A DNA stretch of 59,556 nt from Crenarchaeota archaeon SCGC AAA471-B05 (GCA_000380705.1 AQYM01000033.1:65941-125496); one strand, 5' to 3'. Counted from the stretch's first letter, positions 48,992 to 59,500 are shown. A program made the numbers and translations. The notes: generated from the sequence alone by a model not told the origin.

Positions 48992-49474
48992 ATGAAATGG
49001 ATTATCTCTGTATGGTTCAAAGATCCTGAAATGGATTCCAAAAATAAGTCTTTAAGGAGGGAAATAAGTGAATTGATTGGTAAGAATGTTGATCTTAGAA
49101 TTTTTACTAACTATGTTTTAGAATGTTCTTTGAATGAAGAGGAACTAAAAAATATTTGCGAAGATTTCTTTATAGATAATGAATTAGAAAATTTTATGAT
49201 AAATATTTTTGAAGATTTTGATAAATTTAGGATAAAAGACAAAAAGTATAAATGGCAAGTTAATATATATTTAAAAAAATTTATAATAAATCCTAATGAT
49301 GAAATAATATTTAAAGTATTAGATACAATCTATCCTAAAAAGTTTTCTAATCTTGTTACTTTTAATACTTATTTATTTTCTCGAATAATCGATTATAATG
49401 AATTGGATTTGATCATTAATAAATTGTTAGCAAATAAATTATTACATGAGGTAAAGATATTTGAAAATGAATAG
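48992..49474 (+). CDS. purS: FGAM synthase PurS subunit, tandem-duplicated (two PurS-like halves in one 160-aa chain)
   Basis: Both halves (aa 1-76 and about 85-160) show the PurS pattern: a beta strand, then the DP/NP motif region, then a helix. The second half ends KLLANKLLHEVKIFE, like the canonical PurS C-terminus. Overlaps purL by 14 nt. Confidence 0.7.
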   Translation: MKWIISVWFKDPEMDSKNKSLRREISELIGKNVDLRIFTNYVLECSLNEEELKNICEDFFIDNELENFMINIFEDFDKFRIKDKKYKWQVNIYLKKFIINPNDEIIFKVLDTIYPKKFSNLVTFNTYLFSRIIDYNELDLIINKLLANKLLHEVKIFENE

Positions 49475-51830
49475 GGTCAGTACATTTAATTTAGCTTTAA
49501 TGAAAGACGAAGATTTGGAGAAATTAAATAACGATTTAAATCTTTCGCTAAGTTTAGAGGAACTTAGAACGATAAAAAATTATTATAAAAAGGAAAAACG
49601 GCCAGCCACAGACGTAGAACTTTTTACCTTTTCGCAGGTATGGTCTGAGCATTGTTTTCATAAAACCTTTAAAGCTAAAATAATTTTCAACAATAAAGAA
49701 ATTATAGACGGTTTATTCAAATCTTTCATATATAAAGCTACGAAGGAATTAAATAAAAAATGGTGTTTAAAAGTTTTTGAAGATAATGCAGGAATAATAG
49801 ATTTTGATGGAAATTATGCTATAGCTGTAAAAGTTGAAACACATAATCATCCCACAGCCATTGACCCCTTTAATGGTGCAAATACAGGTGTAGGAGGGGT
49901 CTATAGGGATATTTTAGGTGTAGGAGCAAGACCAATAGCTACTATGGATTATCTTTTCTTTGGACCTTTGAATTTATCTCCTTCAGAACTTCCAAGTAAT
50001 ATAATTCATCCTAAAATAATGCTTAAAAAAGTTGTTGCAGGAATAGCTGATTATGGAAATAAAGTTGGAGTTCCAACCGTAAACGGATCTGTACATTTTC
50101 ATAAAGGTTACATAAGAAATCCTTTAGTTTTTGTAGGCTCTGTTGGTATTCTACCATTTAAAAGATACATAAGAAATCCTAAACCTAAAGATAAAATAAT
50201 ATTGGTAGGAGGAAAAACTGGGAGAGATGGAATTCAAGGCGCCTCTTTTGCTTCTTTAAGCTTATCTTCATCTAACGAGGAAAGATATTATAGCGCAGTA
50301 CAGCTTGGAAATCCTGTAGAAGAAAAAAAGATAATTGAAGCTGTAATAAGAGCTAGGGATTATGGAAAGAATCCGTTATATTCGTTGATTACCGATCTTG
50401 GAGGCGGAGGTTTAGCTGTCGCTTTATGTGAAAGTTTAAAGGATTTAGGTGGTTTTGTTGACTTGAGTCAAGTACCTTTAAAGCATAAAAATATGGAACC
50501 TTGGGAGATTTGGATATCAGAATCGCAAGAAAGGATGTTATTGGTTGTTCCTCCTGAAAATGTTAAAAAAATATTGGAAATATTTGAAGAAGAGAGTGAA
50601 GCTACTGTGATAGGCGAAGTAGGAAATGATAGGATTTTAAAAGTTTATTATGGTGAAGAGAACGTTGGAAAGATTGATTTACAATTTCTCTTTAATAACT
50701 ACCCACAAATAACTATGGAGGCCTATTATAAAGCTGAAAAATATGAAAGTGATGAAAAATATAATTTAGAGAAAGATGATTATAGTGAAGATTTACTGAG
50801 ACTTTTAAGCGATCCAAATATAGCGAGTAAGGAATGGATAATAAGGCAGTATGATCATGAAGTAGGGGCTCGTACAATAATTAAACCTTTACAAGGAATA
50901 AATCAAGAAGGACCAGGTGATGCTTGCGTTATTAAACCACTTTATGATTCATGGAAAGGGATAGTAATTTCTCATGGAGGAAATCCTTATTATTCCTATG
51001 ACCCTTATAAAATGGCTTTATCAGCTATAGACGAAGCTATAAGGAATAATATTGCTGTAGGTGGCAGAAGAATAGCTCTGCTAGATAATTTTAGTTGGGG
51101 AGACCCAAGAAAACCTGAAGAACTAGGTAAATTAGTTATGGCTTGTAAAGGATGTTATGAAGGAGCAATAGGATATGATGCTCCTTTTGTTTCAGGAAAG
51201 GATAGTCTTTATAATGAATATATAGAAAATGGAAAATCATATTCTATTCCGCCTACTTTGGTAATAACAGCTATAGGTATTATACCTGATGTAAGAAAGT
51301 CTGTCACAATGGATTTTAAAAGGAGCGGAAGCTATATTTACATTCTAGGTTATACTTACGATGAAATGGGAGGCTCGTTATATTATGAAATACAAGGAAT
51401 AAAGAATCCAAATATTCCCACACCAAATATTAAAATGGCTAAAAGTATTTTTGAAAGAGTAACAAGGGCAATAGATAGAGGTTTAATTAGAGCATGTCAT
51501 GATTGTTCTGAAGGCGGTTTAGCTGTAGCTATAGCTGAAATGTGTATAGGGGGTTATTTAGGAGCAGAAATATATTTGAATAAAGTACCTACAAATTTAA
51601 AAAAGAATCATAAGATTCTTTTTTCAGAAAGCAATTCGAGATTTATAGTAGAAGTGGCTCAAGGTTATGAGAAAGAATTTGAACATATTATGCAAGGAAT
51701 ACCCTATGCAAAAATAGGTTTTGTAAGAAGTGATAAAAATTTAATTATTAAAGGAATAAATAATGAAACAATCGTTAATGTTTCTTTAAATGAAATTATT
51801 AAGGCCTGGAAAGAACCTTTGAGTTTTTAA
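49461..51830 (+). CDS. purL: FGAM synthase II (small PurL)
   Basis: WSEHCFHKTF, ETHNHPTAIDPFNGA and SESQERM motifs, with duplicated PurM-like domains. Confidence 0.92.
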   Translation: MKMNRVSTFNLALMKDEDLEKLNNDLNLSLSLEELRTIKNYYKKEKRPATDVELFTFSQVWSEHCFHKTFKAKIIFNNKEIIDGLFKSFIYKATKELNKKWCLKVFEDNAGIIDFDGNYAIAVKVETHNHPTAIDPFNGANTGVGGVYRDILGVGARPIATMDYLFFGPLNLSPSELPSNIIHPKIMLKKVVAGIADYGNKVGVPTVNGSVHFHKGYIRNPLVFVGSVGILPFKRYIRNPKPKDKIILVGGKTGRDGIQGASFASLSLSSSNEERYYSAVQLGNPVEEKKIIEAVIRARDYGKNPLYSLITDLGGGGLAVALCESLKDLGGFVDLSQVPLKHKNMEPWEIWISESQERMLLVVPPENVKKILEIFEEESEATVIGEVGNDRILKVYYGEENVGKIDLQFLFNNYPQITMEAYYKAEKYESDEKYNLEKDDYSEDLLRLLSDPNIASKEWIIRQYDHEVGARTIIKPLQGINQEGPGDACVIKPLYDSWKGIVISHGGNPYYSYDPYKMALSAIDEAIRNNIAVGGRRIALLDNFSWGDPRKPEELGKLVMACKGCYEGAIGYDAPFVSGKDSLYNEYIENGKSYSIPPTLVITAIGIIPDVRKSVTMDFKRSGSYIYILGYTYDEMGGSLYYEIQGIKNPNIPTPNIKMAKSIFERVTRAIDRGLIRACHDCSEGGLAVAIAEMCIGGYLGAEIYLNKVPTNLKKNHKILFSESNSRFIVEVAQGYEKEFEHIMQGIPYAKIGFVRSDKNLIIKGINNETIVNVSLNEIIKAWKEPLSF

Positions 51831-51831
51831 C

Positions 51832-52611
51832 ATGAGGGTTGCTGCTTTAGTTATTAGAGCTGAAGGTACAAACTGCGATTTGGAAACTTTTGAAGCTTTA
51901 AAAGTTGCCGGTGCAGAAACTTTTCTAGTTCATATAAATGAATTAATAAAAAGGAAAGTAAGCTTAGAGGATTTTCAAATATGTGTAATTCCAGGGGGTT
52001 TTTCATATGGAGACAATGTTTCTGCAGGAAAATTACTGGCTAATTTAATAAAAAATTATTTAAATAAGGACTTTAAGAGATTCATCGAAGAAGGAAAACC
52101 TTTGATAGGAATTTGTAATGGATTTCAGGTACTTTTAAAAGCTGGATTTTTACCTTTCTCCAATGAAAATAAACAATTTGCTTCACTTACTATAAATAGT
52201 TCAGGCTTATTTATTGATAAATGGGTTTATTTAAGACATGTAAATAGGAGAAAGTGTATTTTAACAAAATATTCAAATAATGTAATATATCTTCCGATAA
52301 ATCATGCGGAAGGTAGATTTGTAGCTGATGATAAAATTATAAAAAAACTTTTCGAAGAGGATCAAATAGTTTATCAGTATTCTCATAGCGATGGGAGTAT
52401 CGATGAAAGAGCAAATCCCAACGGTTCCAAATATAATATAGCAGCAATATGTAATGAGTATGGAAATGTGTTGGGCATTATGCCTCATCCTGAAAAATTC
52501 ATTCATAAGTATCTTCATCCATGTTGGACAAGATTTCCAAATTTAAAAGAAGAAGGTGACGGACTTTTTATTTTTAAAAATGCAGTAAACTACGCTAAAA
52601 AGTTTATATAA
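51832..52611 (+). CDS. purQ: FGAM synthase glutaminase subunit
   Basis: GICNGFQ nucleophile elbow and the MPHPE His-Glu motif. Confidence 0.9.
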   Translation: MRVAALVIRAEGTNCDLETFEALKVAGAETFLVHINELIKRKVSLEDFQICVIPGGFSYGDNVSAGKLLANLIKNYLNKDFKRFIEEGKPLIGICNGFQVLLKAGFLPFSNENKQFASLTINSSGLFIDKWVYLRHVNRRKCILTKYSNNVIYLPINHAEGRFVADDKIIKKLFEEDQIVYQYSHSDGSIDERANPNGSKYNIAAICNEYGNVLGIMPHPEKFIHKYLHPCWTRFPNLKEEGDGLFIFKNAVNYAKKFI

Positions 52612-52630
52612 GAAAATTCTATTGTATTTT

Positions 52631-53056
52631 ATGGTCGAGTTTAAGGTATTAATAATATGCGGTAGTAAATCTGATTTGGAAATAGCTAAAAAAGCTGAAG
52701 AAGTTTTAGCCAATAATAATATAAAATATGAGGTTGTGGTTGCTTCAGCGCATAGAGAACCTGAAAGAGTTAAAGATATTGTTACGAAAAGTGATGCTGA
52801 TGTTTTTATAGCTATAGCAGGTTTATCCGCAGCTTTACCTGGTTTTATTGCATCTTATACAAATAAGCCTGTTATAGGAGTCCCTGTTTCAGCTAAATTG
52901 AACGGATTGGACGCTTTACTATCAATGGTTCAAATGCCATCCGGTGTACCTGTTGCAACTGTAGGAATAGATAATGCTGCAAATGCAGCTTATCTAGCAC
53001 TTAGGATTTTAAATCTAGTTAAAAGTAAAATTTCCGCACAAAAAAATACTGAATAA
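52631..53056 (+). CDS. purE: N5-CAIR mutase / AIR carboxylase catalytic subunit
   Basis: [15 protein letters not shown] and AGLSAALPG motifs. The ATG at 52631 is preferred over the listed TTG at 52622. Confidence 0.88.
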   Translation: MVEFKVLIICGSKSDLEIAKKAEEVLANNNIKYEVVVASAHREPERVKDIVTKSDADVFIAIAGLSAALPGFIASYTNKPVIGVPVSAKLNGLDALLSMVQMPSGVPVATVGIDNAANAAYLALRILNLVKSKISAQKNTE

Positions 53057-53075
53057 TTTTTATTTAATCTTCAGA

Positions 53076-53087
53076 TTCCAGTGGAAA
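53076..53087 (+). promoter_or_regulatory. ORB/mini-ORB-like Orc1-binding box TTCCAGTGGAAA
   Basis: Read directly. It matches the TCCAGTGGAAA core that I recall from Sulfolobus and Pyrococcus origin recognition boxes. Confidence 0.65.
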
Positions 53088-53106
53088 TTTATTTGTTTCC
53101 GTCAAT

Positions 53107-53118
53107 CTCCACTGGAAA
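53107..53118 (-). promoter_or_regulatory. Second ORB-like box (plus strand CTCCACTGGAAA; minus strand TTTCCAGTGGAG)
   Basis: Read directly. Same TCCAnTGGA dyad, differing from box 1 at the central base, so its orientation is ambiguous. Confidence 0.6.
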
Positions 53119-53166
53119 AAAAAGAAAAACATTTAAATTTTAGTAAAAAGATTATATAAATCCCTT

Positions 53167-54396
53167 ATGACAGGCTTATCTATAGATGAATTGATAAAAA
53201 AATTATCAAAACAATCAAGAATATTCAAGAATTATGATTCTTTAAGACCCGATTACATTCCTGACGAACTACCCCATAGAGATAAAGAAATATATAAACT
53301 TGCAGAAGTTTTATTTGCTCCATTATTGAAAGGAGCAAGACCATCGAACATATTTATCTATGGATATCCTGGAACAGGAAAAACAGCTACTACAAAGCAT
53401 GTTTTAAAATTGATGAAAGAAAAACTTGCTACGAAATTACCTATACCAGTTAATAGTTTAATAGTAAATTGTAAAATAGACGATACAAACTATCGTGTTT
53501 TAAAAGACCTTAACGAATTTTTAAACCTAAGAACTCCTCATACAGGTTTGGCTGTTTCTGAGTTATATCAAAGAATAGTAAGAGAATTAAAGAGAAGAAG
53601 TGAAATATTTATTTTTGTTCTTGATGAAATAGATCATTTGGTTAAGAAAAGTGGCGATGAAATATTATATAAGCTAACTAGGATAAATTCAGAGCCGATT
53701 TCTTCAAAGGTATCTTTAATAGGAATAACAAATGATCTTCACTTTAAGGAATATCTGGACCCTAGAGTAAAAAGTAGTTTAGGTGAAGAAGAAATAGTAT
53801 TCACTCCCTATAACGCAGAACAACTTAAAGATATTTTAATGGCTAGAGCTAAAATAGCGTTATATGAAGATTGCATAAGTCCAGGTGTTATTGAATTATG
53901 TGCTTCTATAGCAGCAAAGGAACATGGTGATGTTAGAAGGGCTTTGGATTTACTAAGAGTAGCTGGAGAATTAGCTGAAAGGGAAGACTCTCCTAAAATT
54001 TTAGAATCGCATGTAAAAATGGCATTATCTATAATAGAGAGAGATAAAATATATGAAGTAATAAACTCGTTACCTATTCATTCAAAATTAGTATTATACG
54101 CTATATTTTCATTACAGAGTAAATACATGAGGGATTGTATTACTGGAGAAGTGTACGAAGAATATTACAGGTTATGCAGAGAATTTGGGTATGAACCTTT
54201 AACTGCAAGACGTGTTAGTGACATAATAAACGAATTAGATACAGGAGGTTTAATTAAAACTGTTTTAACTAGCAAAGGAAGATATGGTAGAACGAAATAC
54301 ATTTCATTAAGAATAACCAAAGATGATTTATTAAATGCTTTAGGAGCCGATGAAAGATTTCATAGATTGATTTATGGAACTTATAGCGGTAGATGA
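53167..54396 (+). CDS. cdc6: Orc1/Cdc6 replication initiator
   Basis: LPHRDKEI start region, Walker A GYPGTGKTAT, Walker B FVLDEID, sensor region GDVRRALDLLR, and a C-terminal winged helix. Confidence 0.92.
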   Translation: MTGLSIDELIKKLSKQSRIFKNYDSLRPDYIPDELPHRDKEIYKLAEVLFAPLLKGARPSNIFIYGYPGTGKTATTKHVLKLMKEKLATKLPIPVNSLIVNCKIDDTNYRVLKDLNEFLNLRTPHTGLAVSELYQRIVRELKRRSEIFIFVLDEIDHLVKKSGDEILYKLTRINSEPISSKVSLIGITNDLHFKEYLDPRVKSSLGEEEIVFTPYNAEQLKDILMARAKIALYEDCISPGVIELCASIAAKEHGDVRRALDLLRVAGELAEREDSPKILESHVKMALSIIERDKIYEVINSLPIHSKLVLYAIFSLQSKYMRDCITGEVYEEYYRLCREFGYEPLTARRVSDIINELDTGGLIKTVLTSKGRYGRTKYISLRITKDDLLNALGADERFHRLIYGTYSGR

Positions 54397-54925
54397 TTGC
54401 GGTTTTGAACCGAATTTTAAATTTTTAAAAGAAAAACCCTACGTTCCTTTACTTGCTCTTTATTTTAAAAATAATAATTTAATAGATTTAAAAATAAAAA
54501 AAATAAAAATAGATGGTTTAGACGGGACTGAGAAATTGATGGAAATTTTAAATGAAAGAAAAGCTGAATTGATTCTTTCCGCTGGAATAACTTTTGGGGG
54601 TTTTAATATAATAGATTTTGTTGAAATATATGAGAAACTAGGTATTCCATCGTTAATAATATTGGAACAATTACCCAATATGCAAGAAGTTTACGATGCA
54701 TTAATCAAACATTTTCCAGATTATGAAATTAGAATCAAAATAATTAACAAGTTTCCTCCTATAAAAAGTTATAAAGATATATTTTTTGAAGCGATAGGGA
54801 TAAGTGAAGACGAAGCTATTAAAATAATAAATTCTACTAGAATTTTTAGTAGAATGCCGGAACCTTTAAGAATAGCTCATTTATTAGGTTATGCAATTTA
54901 TAAATTAAAATCCAGTAAAATTTAA
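54374..54925 (+). CDS. DUF99/UPF0215 family protein (endonuclease V-like fold)
   Basis: IAVDDCGF...IKIDGLDGTE...RMPEPLRIAHLL matches my memory of the archaeal UPF0215 family. Overlaps orc1/cdc6 by 23 nt. Confidence 0.6.
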   Translation: MELIAVDDCGFEPNFKFLKEKPYVPLLALYFKNNNLIDLKIKKIKIDGLDGTEKLMEILNERKAELILSAGITFGGFNIIDFVEIYEKLGIPSLIILEQLPNMQEVYDALIKHFPDYEIRIKIINKFPPIKSYKDIFFEAIGISEDEAIKIINSTRIFSRMPEPLRIAHLLGYAIYKLKSSKI

Positions 54926-54929
54926 AAAA

Positions 54930-56345
54930 TTAAAAGTAAATAGTATTTATCTTGAGATCTTTCATATTTACCAAATATACTATTACGCTTTCGTCTTCAT
55001 ATTTTACCCAAGAGGAGTTTGAAATAACCAAACATTGTTTGTATACAAAAGTTGTAGGAATATCATAGTGGCCAAAAATAAATAAATCAGGTTTCTCGTA
55101 AATTACAAATGGATCATAACCTATAGGTAACAAGCCATTTATTCTTAAATTAGGAACAAGATTTCTTCTTTTAAATAAATGCTTTACTGCATATTCAATT
55201 GCCTTTTCACCGTTAAAAGTTTGTAACATGTATTTCCTTACCACATTTTCAAAGTAAAAACCATGGGTAAGCAAAATTCTCCTATTCCCTAGTTGAATAA
55301 AATTTGGATCTGTAAGTATTTTTAAATTTTTTAATTCAAATAATTCTTGGGCAATTTCTTTATTGAGTTCAGGTAAAGGTATTGAAGGTATTATTACATC
55401 TCTCTCTCCAGGGATTATTATAATTTCTATATCCTTCCTTATTTTATCCAATATTTTAGCTATACCTGAATATTCTTCTTCTATTTCATCAATTAAACCA
55501 TAGTATTTACTTTCAAAGGAAACTCCTTCTATTAGATCCCCGCATATTATTAAGTATTTTATTTTTTTAGCAATTTCGTTATACTCTTCAAATTTTCCGT
55601 TTATAAAATCGATAAATTCCATTAATTTTTCTTCTAAAAAGTTTTCATTACCGTATCTAATATCTGAGGTTATTGCGATAAGTACATCTTCTCCCTCTTC
55701 ATTTTTTGATGTAAATTCCAATTCTGGGTAAATTATGTTTTCAGCCAAAATGTAACTTCCTGTCTTTCCTTTTTTAATTTTTCCTTCGATCAATATTATA
55801 TCATCTTCATCTATTTCCTTTGCAATATCATTTAATTTAGAACTTGGGATTATTACTTTAGCACTTCCGAACAAATCTTCTATTTCAATAGAAATCGAAT
55901 CATATTTTCCTTCTTCCTTGCTAAAAACAATCCCTAAAACTGAAACATTATAATTTTCTGGATATTTATCTAAACCGGCTAAACTCACAGCAGGTCTTTT
56001 GTTATGTATTTTTTCAATCAATTTTCTGACCTTAATTAATCTATCTTGGATTAAACCCAAGTAACCACTTGTAATAGAAAACAATCCTTCTTCATATCTT
56101 TCCATAGATGATGAAGTCTTTACTTCATTTTTAAATTTGGCTGTAGTCCTATTCTTTATTATTTTTTCAAGTATTTCTTTTGTTACTATTTCCTTTTTTA
56201 ATGATAATTCTTCAAGAATTGAGTTTAAAAAATTTAATGCATTTTCTTCCTTAACAAGAAAATCATAAATATAATCTATAGCATCTTGTGTAATTAAAAT
56301 CTTTTTATTTTTAAATAATTCTATTAATTTTTCTTTACTTAACAT
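54930..56345 (-). CDS. dp1: DNA polymerase D small subunit (DP1) homolog with divergent phosphoesterase motifs
   Basis: N-terminal helical domain, OB-fold-like middle region, and a C-terminal calcineurin/Mre11-like domain. Its motifs are SDIRYG, CGDLIEG, PGERD, LTHG and FGHYD. Confidence 0.75.
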   Translation of the reverse strand: MLSKEKLIELFKNKKILITQDAIDYIYDFLVKEENALNFLNSILEELSLKKEIVTKEILEKIIKNRTTAKFKNEVKTSSSMERYEEGLFSITSGYLGLIQDRLIKVRKLIEKIHNKRPAVSLAGLDKYPENYNVSVLGIVFSKEEGKYDSISIEIEDLFGSAKVIIPSSKLNDIAKEIDEDDIILIEGKIKKGKTGSYILAENIIYPELEFTSKNEEGEDVLIAITSDIRYGNENFLEEKLMEFIDFINGKFEEYNEIAKKIKYLIICGDLIEGVSFESKYYGLIDEIEEEYSGIAKILDKIRKDIEIIIIPGERDVIIPSIPLPELNKEIAQELFELKNLKILTDPNFIQLGNRRILLTHGFYFENVVRKYMLQTFNGEKAIEYAVKHLFKRRNLVPNLRINGLLPIGYDPFVIYEKPDLFIFGHYDIPTTFVYKQCLVISNSSWVKYEDESVIVYLVNMKDLKINTIYF

Positions 56346-56538
56346 AATTAAAAATATATCTTGCCCATTCTATTTGTATTTCTAATAAAAAATTTTCATC
56401 ATTTAATATCTTTTCTATAGTTCCATTATTTAATTTTATTTTTTTTAGAATATTAATCAAATCGGATTTTTTTAATGATAAAGGATCATAAATATTGGGA
56501 TTTTCTTTTACCAATCTTTCCGCAATTTCTTTAATCAT
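56335..56538 (-). CDS. Hypothetical 67-aa protein, translationally coupled between carB and dp1
   Basis: ORF only. The start overlaps the carB stop by 4 nt, and the stop overlaps the dp1 start by 11 nt. Confidence 0.4.
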   Translation of the reverse strand: MIKEIAERLVKENPNIYDPLSLKKSDLINILKKIKLNNGTIEKILNDENFLLEIQIEWARYIFNYVK

Positions 56539-59500
56539 AAATTATACAAAATAATTGGAGCCATTTTATATACATTATTTCTTAGCCAAATTATCCCTCG
56601 AACTAGGTAATATGCTGTTTGTGGGTTAACTATAACAGGAATACCCAATTCCACGGCTTTCCTTCTAATTATATACTCATCCTTTAACATTTCTGCATAT
56701 TTTTCTAAAGTTAGTGAACTAGGAATATTTATTACAAGGTTAATCTTTCCTTCCCTTAAGTAATCGATAATATTAGGCTTTCTCTCAGGTTCTTTGACTT
56801 TATAAAGTACTTTATTAACTGGTATTTTATTCGTGATTAAAAATTCAGCAGTATGTTCACTAGCATATATAGTGAAACCTAACTTATGTAAGAGTTCAGC
56901 AACTTTTACTAGTTTAATCTTTTCCTCTCCTCCTGCACTTATAAATACATTTCCTCCTTTTATTGGTATATTATAACCGGCAGCTAAAAGGGCTTTAATA
57001 AACGCTTCCTCAAAAGTTTCGCCAAAACATGCAACTTCTCCAGTTGAACGCATCTCAACTCCAAGTATTACATCTGCTTCATCTAATTGCATAAATGAAA
57101 ATTGTGGAACTTTTACTGCATAATTTGATTTGTAAATTTTGACTATTTTTTCATTTTTTAACCCTTTTAATATAGCCTTTGCTGCTAAAGATATCAAATT
57201 TACTCCTGTAAATTTTGAAACAAAAGGCATTGAGCGTGAAGACCTTACGTTACATTCTATAACATAGACCTCATCATCTTTAACCAAGTATTGTATATTA
57301 AAAGGTCCTTTAACATTAAGAGCTTTAACTATCTTCTCAGTATAATTAATTATTTTTTCCTGCACTTCTCTACTTATTCTTAAAGTAGGAATAACCATTG
57401 TTGCGTCTCCGGAATGTATTCCAGCTTCCTCAATATGTTCTATTATAGCCCCAATTATGACATTTTCTGAATCCGAGACACCATCAACTTCTACTTCTAT
57501 TGCATCTTTAATATATTTACTTACAACTATTGTATTTTCTTTAATTTTGGTAATTTCCTCCAAATAATTTCTTAATTCCTCTTTATCCCATATTACTTTC
57601 ATCGATTCTCCACTTAAAACATAAGAAGGTCTAACTAATACCGGAAAACCAATTTCTTCTACAAATTTAAAAATTTCTTTAATTTCTTTAAATTCTTTCC
57701 AAACTGGTTGTTTAATCCCTAAATGATCTAATAGAAGGCTAAATTTTGCTCTATTCTCCGCTCTATCTACGTCTTCAGGGTTTGTTCCTATGATCTTAAC
57801 TCCTACTCTATGTAATTTTAAGGTTAAATTATTTGCTGTTTGACCTCCTACGCAGGTAACTATACCTAAAGGTTTTTCTTTTTCGTAGATATCAAGTATT
57901 CTTTCAAGAGTCAATTCTTCAAAATATAATTTATCACTCATGTCATAGTCAGTAGATACTGTTTCAGGATTACAATTTATTACTATTACTTTATCTATAC
58001 CTTCCTTTTTAAGTGACCACACCATATTCATTGTTGCCCAATCAAATTCTACTGAACTTCCTATTCTGTAACATCCTGCCCCTAAAACGATAATTTTTTT
58101 CTTATTAGTAATAAATTCTACATCGTCAAATTCTCCATTATATGTTAAATAAAGATAATTTGTGGAAGCGGGCCATTCAGCTGCTAAAGTATCTATTTGT
58201 TTAACACAAGGAATAATTTTATTTCTTTTTCTAAAGTATCTTATTTCTTCCTCTTCTACATTTAAACATCTAGCTATTTGCTTATCTGAAAAACCTAATT
58301 TCTTTGCTTCTTTAATTAATAGATAAGCTTGAGGGTCATCCAATTTTATATTGCATAAGGCTTTTTCCATTTCAACAATATTTTTAATTTTTGAGATAAA
58401 CCAAGGATCAATCTTGCTAAGTCTTGATATTTCATCTATACTCATTCCAGCTTTAATTGCCTTTGCTACGTAAAATAGTATTTCATCGGTAGGATTCTTC
58501 AATTCTTCGATTATTTTTTCTCTACTTTCGATTTTTTCATTGTTATTCGCTACTAATCCATCTTTACCTATCTCCAGCATCCTTATTGCTTTTTGAAGCG
58601 CTTCTTCGAACTTTCTCCCTATTGCCATAACCTCTCCTACAGACTTCATCTGTGTTCTTAATTTTCTGTTAACTTTTGGAAACTTCCTAAAATCCCATCT
58701 TGGCATTTTTATTACAACATAATCTAATGAAGGTTCAAAGGCAGCTGTAGTTATGTTTGTTACTTTATTTATTAATTCAGGTAAAGTATATCCTATTGCC
58801 AATTTTGCAGCCATATAAGCTAAAGGATATCCTGTAGCTTTAGAAGCCAATGCGGAGGATCTTGACATTCTTGGATTCATCTCAATTATATAATATTTTT
58901 CATTTTGGGAATCCAATGCAAATTGAACGTTACATTCCCCAACAACTCCTACTGCTCGAGCTGCTTTTATTGAAGCCTCCCTTAAAATGTGATATTCTCT
59001 ATTATTTAAAGTTTGCGAAGGAGCAACTACAATGTTATCTCCTGTATGAACTCTCATGCCTAAAATATTTTCCATGTTACATACTACGATGCTATTATCT
59101 TTATAATCTCGCATAACTTCGTATTCAATTTGCTTTAATTCTCCTAAATATTCTTCGATCAGAACTTCCCTTATTAAGCTGTTTGCTAATCCCCTTTCAA
59201 CTATTTCTATTAACTCTTGTTCATTGAAAGCATACCCTCCGCCCTTTCCTCCTAAAGTATATGCAACACGTATCATGACTGGGTATCCTATTTCTTTTGC
59301 TATTCTCTTAGCTTCCTCTATAGAATATGCGCTTTTACTTTTAGGTACTGGCAGATTATTTTTAATCATAGTATTTTTAAACTTTTCCCTATCACTTGCT
59401 ATATCTATTGCTTCTATAGGTGTTCCAAGGACTTTAATTCCATATTTATCTAATATTCCAGTTTTAGCCAATTGGACACCGCAATTTAGTGCAGTTTGAC

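Larger units (their letters stand above)
53057..53166. other. Predicted chromosomal replication origin (oriC-like intergenic region upstream of orc1/cdc6)
   Basis: Two ORB-like dyads 31 nt apart centre-to-centre. An A/T-rich stretch (aaaaaaaagaaaaacatttaaattttagtaaaaagattatataaa) lies between them and the orc1/cdc6 start. Confidence 0.65.
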
